DNA of 56,628 nucleotides from Abditibacteriaceae bacterium. Its GTDB lineage: Bacteria; Armatimonadota; Abditibacteriia; Abditibacteriales; Abditibacteriaceae. The notes beneath the pieces are model-generated. The model saw nothing but the letters and a program-made list of their open reading frames with translations, had not been told where the DNA came from and did no database searches. Of the stretch, positions 54,543 to 56,628 are shown piece by piece. How positions within the stretch are numbered: the first letter of the stretch is position 1; the number at the start of each line of letters is the position of its first letter. The stretch is taken from NCBI GenBank assembly GCA_031372065.1, contig JANMKN010000058.1, positions 1 to 56,628 on the forward strand, written 5' to 3'. The translations under genes and the position numbers were made by a program.

Positions 54543-55409
54543 TTAAAAACTAACGCTGAGATTAACGCCCAAATTGCGCCCGCCAGTGGGCTTGCCAACG
54601 CCTAAAATGGTGGCACTGTAGCGTTGCCAATTGTAAGTGGCGGCCAAATGTGAGCGCACGCCATCGTGCAAAAGACTGCCGCTCCACGCGCTGCCAAGCG
54701 ACGCATTCACGCCCCACGGATAAAGCACGCGCTTTTCGAAACCGCTGTAACTCAAACCCACATACGGCGCGATGGGCAGGCCAATTTGAGGCTGTAAACT
54801 TTTGCTGAGGGTGGCGAAATAGGATTGGCCGTAAGGCGTGCCAATGCGGTCGCTGCTGGTGCCGAAAATCAGCGCCGGACGCGTCCTCGTTTCGCGCAGC
54901 GCGCGGTAATTGCCGACGATGCCGAGTTCGCTCACGCCCGCGTTGTATTCGAGGCCGAGGCGCAAATCGGGTGTGATTTGCCGCGTTAAAATAGTGCGAT
55001 ATTTGGCACGCGGAATTTGATTGGGAATGAAGCGTTGCGATAGCGACCAAGGCCGCGCCGTGTTGTCGGCTGTCCCCCGGACAGCGGTGCCCTCACCGGG
55101 TCAGCCCGGTCACGAAGGCACTAAAGACGCCGATTGTTTAGGTTTGAGTTTTGGCTTAGGCGGCGCGCCGTTGTTGCCTTCCAATAAGGCATCGAACAAC
55201 TGCGCGTAGCGTTCGGGGTCGGTTTGGAACAAGGTGCGGCACGCTTCATCGCGCAGATGATAGGTTTTGCCGCCGTATGCGACAGTTAAAGCGTCCGGCG
55301 CCGTCGAAAGGCAGCCTTCGATGTCGGTTTGTGGCCCGTTTTGCTGCGCCCACGCGCCTGTGGCAAGCAGAAAAACGCCAAGTAGGGCGCGCCAGAATGA
55401 ATTTTTCAT
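54543..55409 (-). CDS. Predicted 288-aa double-selenocysteine protein: signal peptide + YHS-like domain + UPGU (Sec100, Sec103) + outer-membrane beta-barrel-like domain
   Basis: The 99-aa ORF (55409-55110) and the 140-aa ORF (54965-54543) are in the same frame. The only stops between them are TGA 55112-55110 and TGA 55103-55101. Hairpins follow, and the protein ends in NLGVNLSVSF. Confidence 0.7.
55069..55110 (-). promoter_or_regulatory. Candidate bacterial SECIS-like stem-loops
   Basis: On the mRNA: CGGUG-AGGG-CACCG begins 11 nt after UGA1, and GCUGUCC-GGG-GGACAGC begins 15 nt after UGA2. An alternative ACCGGG-CUGA-CCCGGU hairpin puts UGA2 in its loop. Confidence 0.5.
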
Positions 55410-56080
55410 GGCGCGCTTTGGGTAGATGATCTTTCCATCTCGCTTTTGATAGCGGCTTCGATGTCTTGGTGTTCGCTTTTCGAGCCGAAACGCTTTATCA
55501 CTTTGCCATCGCGTCCTATCAAGACAAGGGCGGGCACCACCGAGACTTTATAATCCTGCCACAGCTTGGAAGTCGCCAAAAGTTGCGTGTAAGTCAGCTT
55601 TGTCGTGGTGCGTTCGACTAATTTGCTGTCCTCGTCAAGCGCGAGGCCGACGACACTAAAGCCTTGTGCGCCATATTTTTCGTGCCATGTTTGCAGTTGC
55701 GGCAGTGCGGCGACGCAAGGTTTGCACCATGTCGCCCAAAAGTCGAGTAAAACCACGCCGCCTTTGAATGCAGACAGCGCGACAGTTTGTTTTTTCAAGC
55801 CGCGCAGCGAAAAAGCGGGCGCCGGTTTGCCTTCGCCGGTATCGAGAAACTCTGCGGGGTTCTTTAAAAACTCAATTTTGCAATTATTGTTGCAAAAGGC
55901 GTAGTCTTGACCTTTTAAAGTGGCGTGCGCCTTGACTTCTTCAACGCCCGCGCCTTCACGCGGGCCACAAACGGCACAAATCGCTAAATCGGCATCGGCT
56001 GCGTGTTTGGTTTCGGCAGCTTGCAACGGGCTGAGAGCGAAAACGGCAAAGAAAGCGGCTAAATTCCATCGTTTCAACAT
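55406..56080 (-). CDS. Secreted YHS/TRASH domain + TlpA/ResA-like thioredoxin
   Basis: Signal LQA-A, CAVCG...YAFCNNNCKIEFLKNP, then PAPAFSL, LLDFWATWCKPC, cis-Pro VPALVLIGRDG. ATGA overlap with the downstream gene. Confidence 0.9.
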   Translation of the reverse strand: MLKRWNLAAFFAVFALSPLQAAETKHAADADLAICAVCGPREGAGVEEVKAHATLKGQDYAFCNNNCKIEFLKNPAEFLDTGEGKPAPAFSLRGLKKQTVALSAFKGGVVLLDFWATWCKPCVAALPQLQTWHEKYGAQGFSVVGLALDEDSKLVERTTTKLTYTQLLATSKLWQDYKVSVVPALVLIGRDGKVIKRFGSKSEHQDIEAAIKSEMERSSTQSAP

Positions 56081-56203
56081 AAAAAGTAGTTTGACAGAAC
56101 ATCTTCTGCGCCGCTACAAGGCAGTTTTCCTAAAAGTTGCGTGACTGAAATCTCCATGAAACAGCAAACGCGCATCTTTAATACAACGTTAAAGGAGGCT
56201 GCG

Positions 56204-56628
56204 ATGGATTATTTTGCCCCGAATTCCCGTTATCTTGCTGAATTTCACCATTGGTCGAACGCTTTGGCGCCGCGTTCGTGTGTTGTGGTCAACTGGCTGG
56301 CCGATTTAGGCGCTGTGCCCGAACCTGACGACGCTGTGCGCGAACGTGCCCAGCGTTTTTCGCAGCGCTTTAACTTAATCGAGGTGTGGGCGTGTTATCG
56401 TGATGAATCGCTGAACGGCAAAGCCGAACAGATGATTAACAATGGCGACTTGCAAGCCTTTGTAGCGTGGTTTTTATGGATGAACTTCGTGGATACCGTG
56501 CCACGCCGCTTCCTTTTGCCCGGTGGACGCGACAAGATAATCAATTGGGTGAAAGCGCAACTCAATCGTCCCGAACTAACGCCCCGTGAAACCTTAGTTG
56601 AACTTTATTGGCGCGCCGATTTGATGCG
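56204..56628 (+). CDS. Hypothetical protein, 3' end outside the window
   Basis: AAAGGAGG RBS before ATG 56204. Frame MDYFAPNSRYLAEF... is open to the window end. Confidence 0.6.
   Translation, partial: MDYFAPNSRYLAEFHHWSNALAPRSCVVVNWLADLGAVPEPDDAVRERAQRFSQRFNLIEVWACYRDESLNGKAEQMINNGDLQAFVAWFLWMNFVDTVPRRFLLPGGRDKIINWVKAQLNRPELTPRETLVELYWRADLM

Noticed and set aside
55101..55112. TGA read as Trp or Gly (genetic code 4 or 25), or simple nonsense mutations
   Set aside because: TGA ends many clear genes here (Nif3, murC, ftsA, pyrE), so the code is standard. Two independent nonsense mutations that are both TGA, at CxxC spacing and followed by hairpins, are less parsimonious than Sec, though not excluded.

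Overview
Gene-dense bacterial chromosomal window in the standard genetic code (TGA terminates many ordinary genes). The gene content suggests an Armatimonadota/Abditibacterium-like diderm, which is inference only: DUF1559 H-X9-DG prepilin protein, SLH protein, monoderm-style ftsQ-DUF881-DUF881-DUF1290-ftsA block, plus TpsB/TpsA. It holds housekeeping and signalling genes (PP2C phosphatase, HDAC, Nif3, nitroreductase, ferritin-like, pyrE, murC-murB-ddl-ftsQ...ftsA with no adjacent ftsZ, TrmH). It also has a CHAT protease/TpsB/TpsA/DUF928-like/CHASE2-cyclase cluster next to two paralogous small secreted Pro/Lys peptides, two large secreted glycoside-hydrolase-like genes, and an AT-richer N6-methyltransferase + PD-(D/E)xK defence pair. 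Top finding: two ORF-track fragments at 54543-55409 (-) join into one 288-aa frame through two in-frame TGA codons in an S-U-P-G-U-P (UxxU) motif, followed by SECIS-like hairpins. This predicts a double-selenocysteine protein built as signal peptide + YHS + outer-membrane beta-barrel, translationally coupled to a YHS-TlpA thioredoxin gene. Second theme: four intergenic arrays of different sequence that all have a 21-bp period and inverted symmetry, plus REP/REPINs, an IS4-like MITE and GGGCACCC micro-insertions inside a CDS. No rRNA, tRNA or CRISPR array was recognised.
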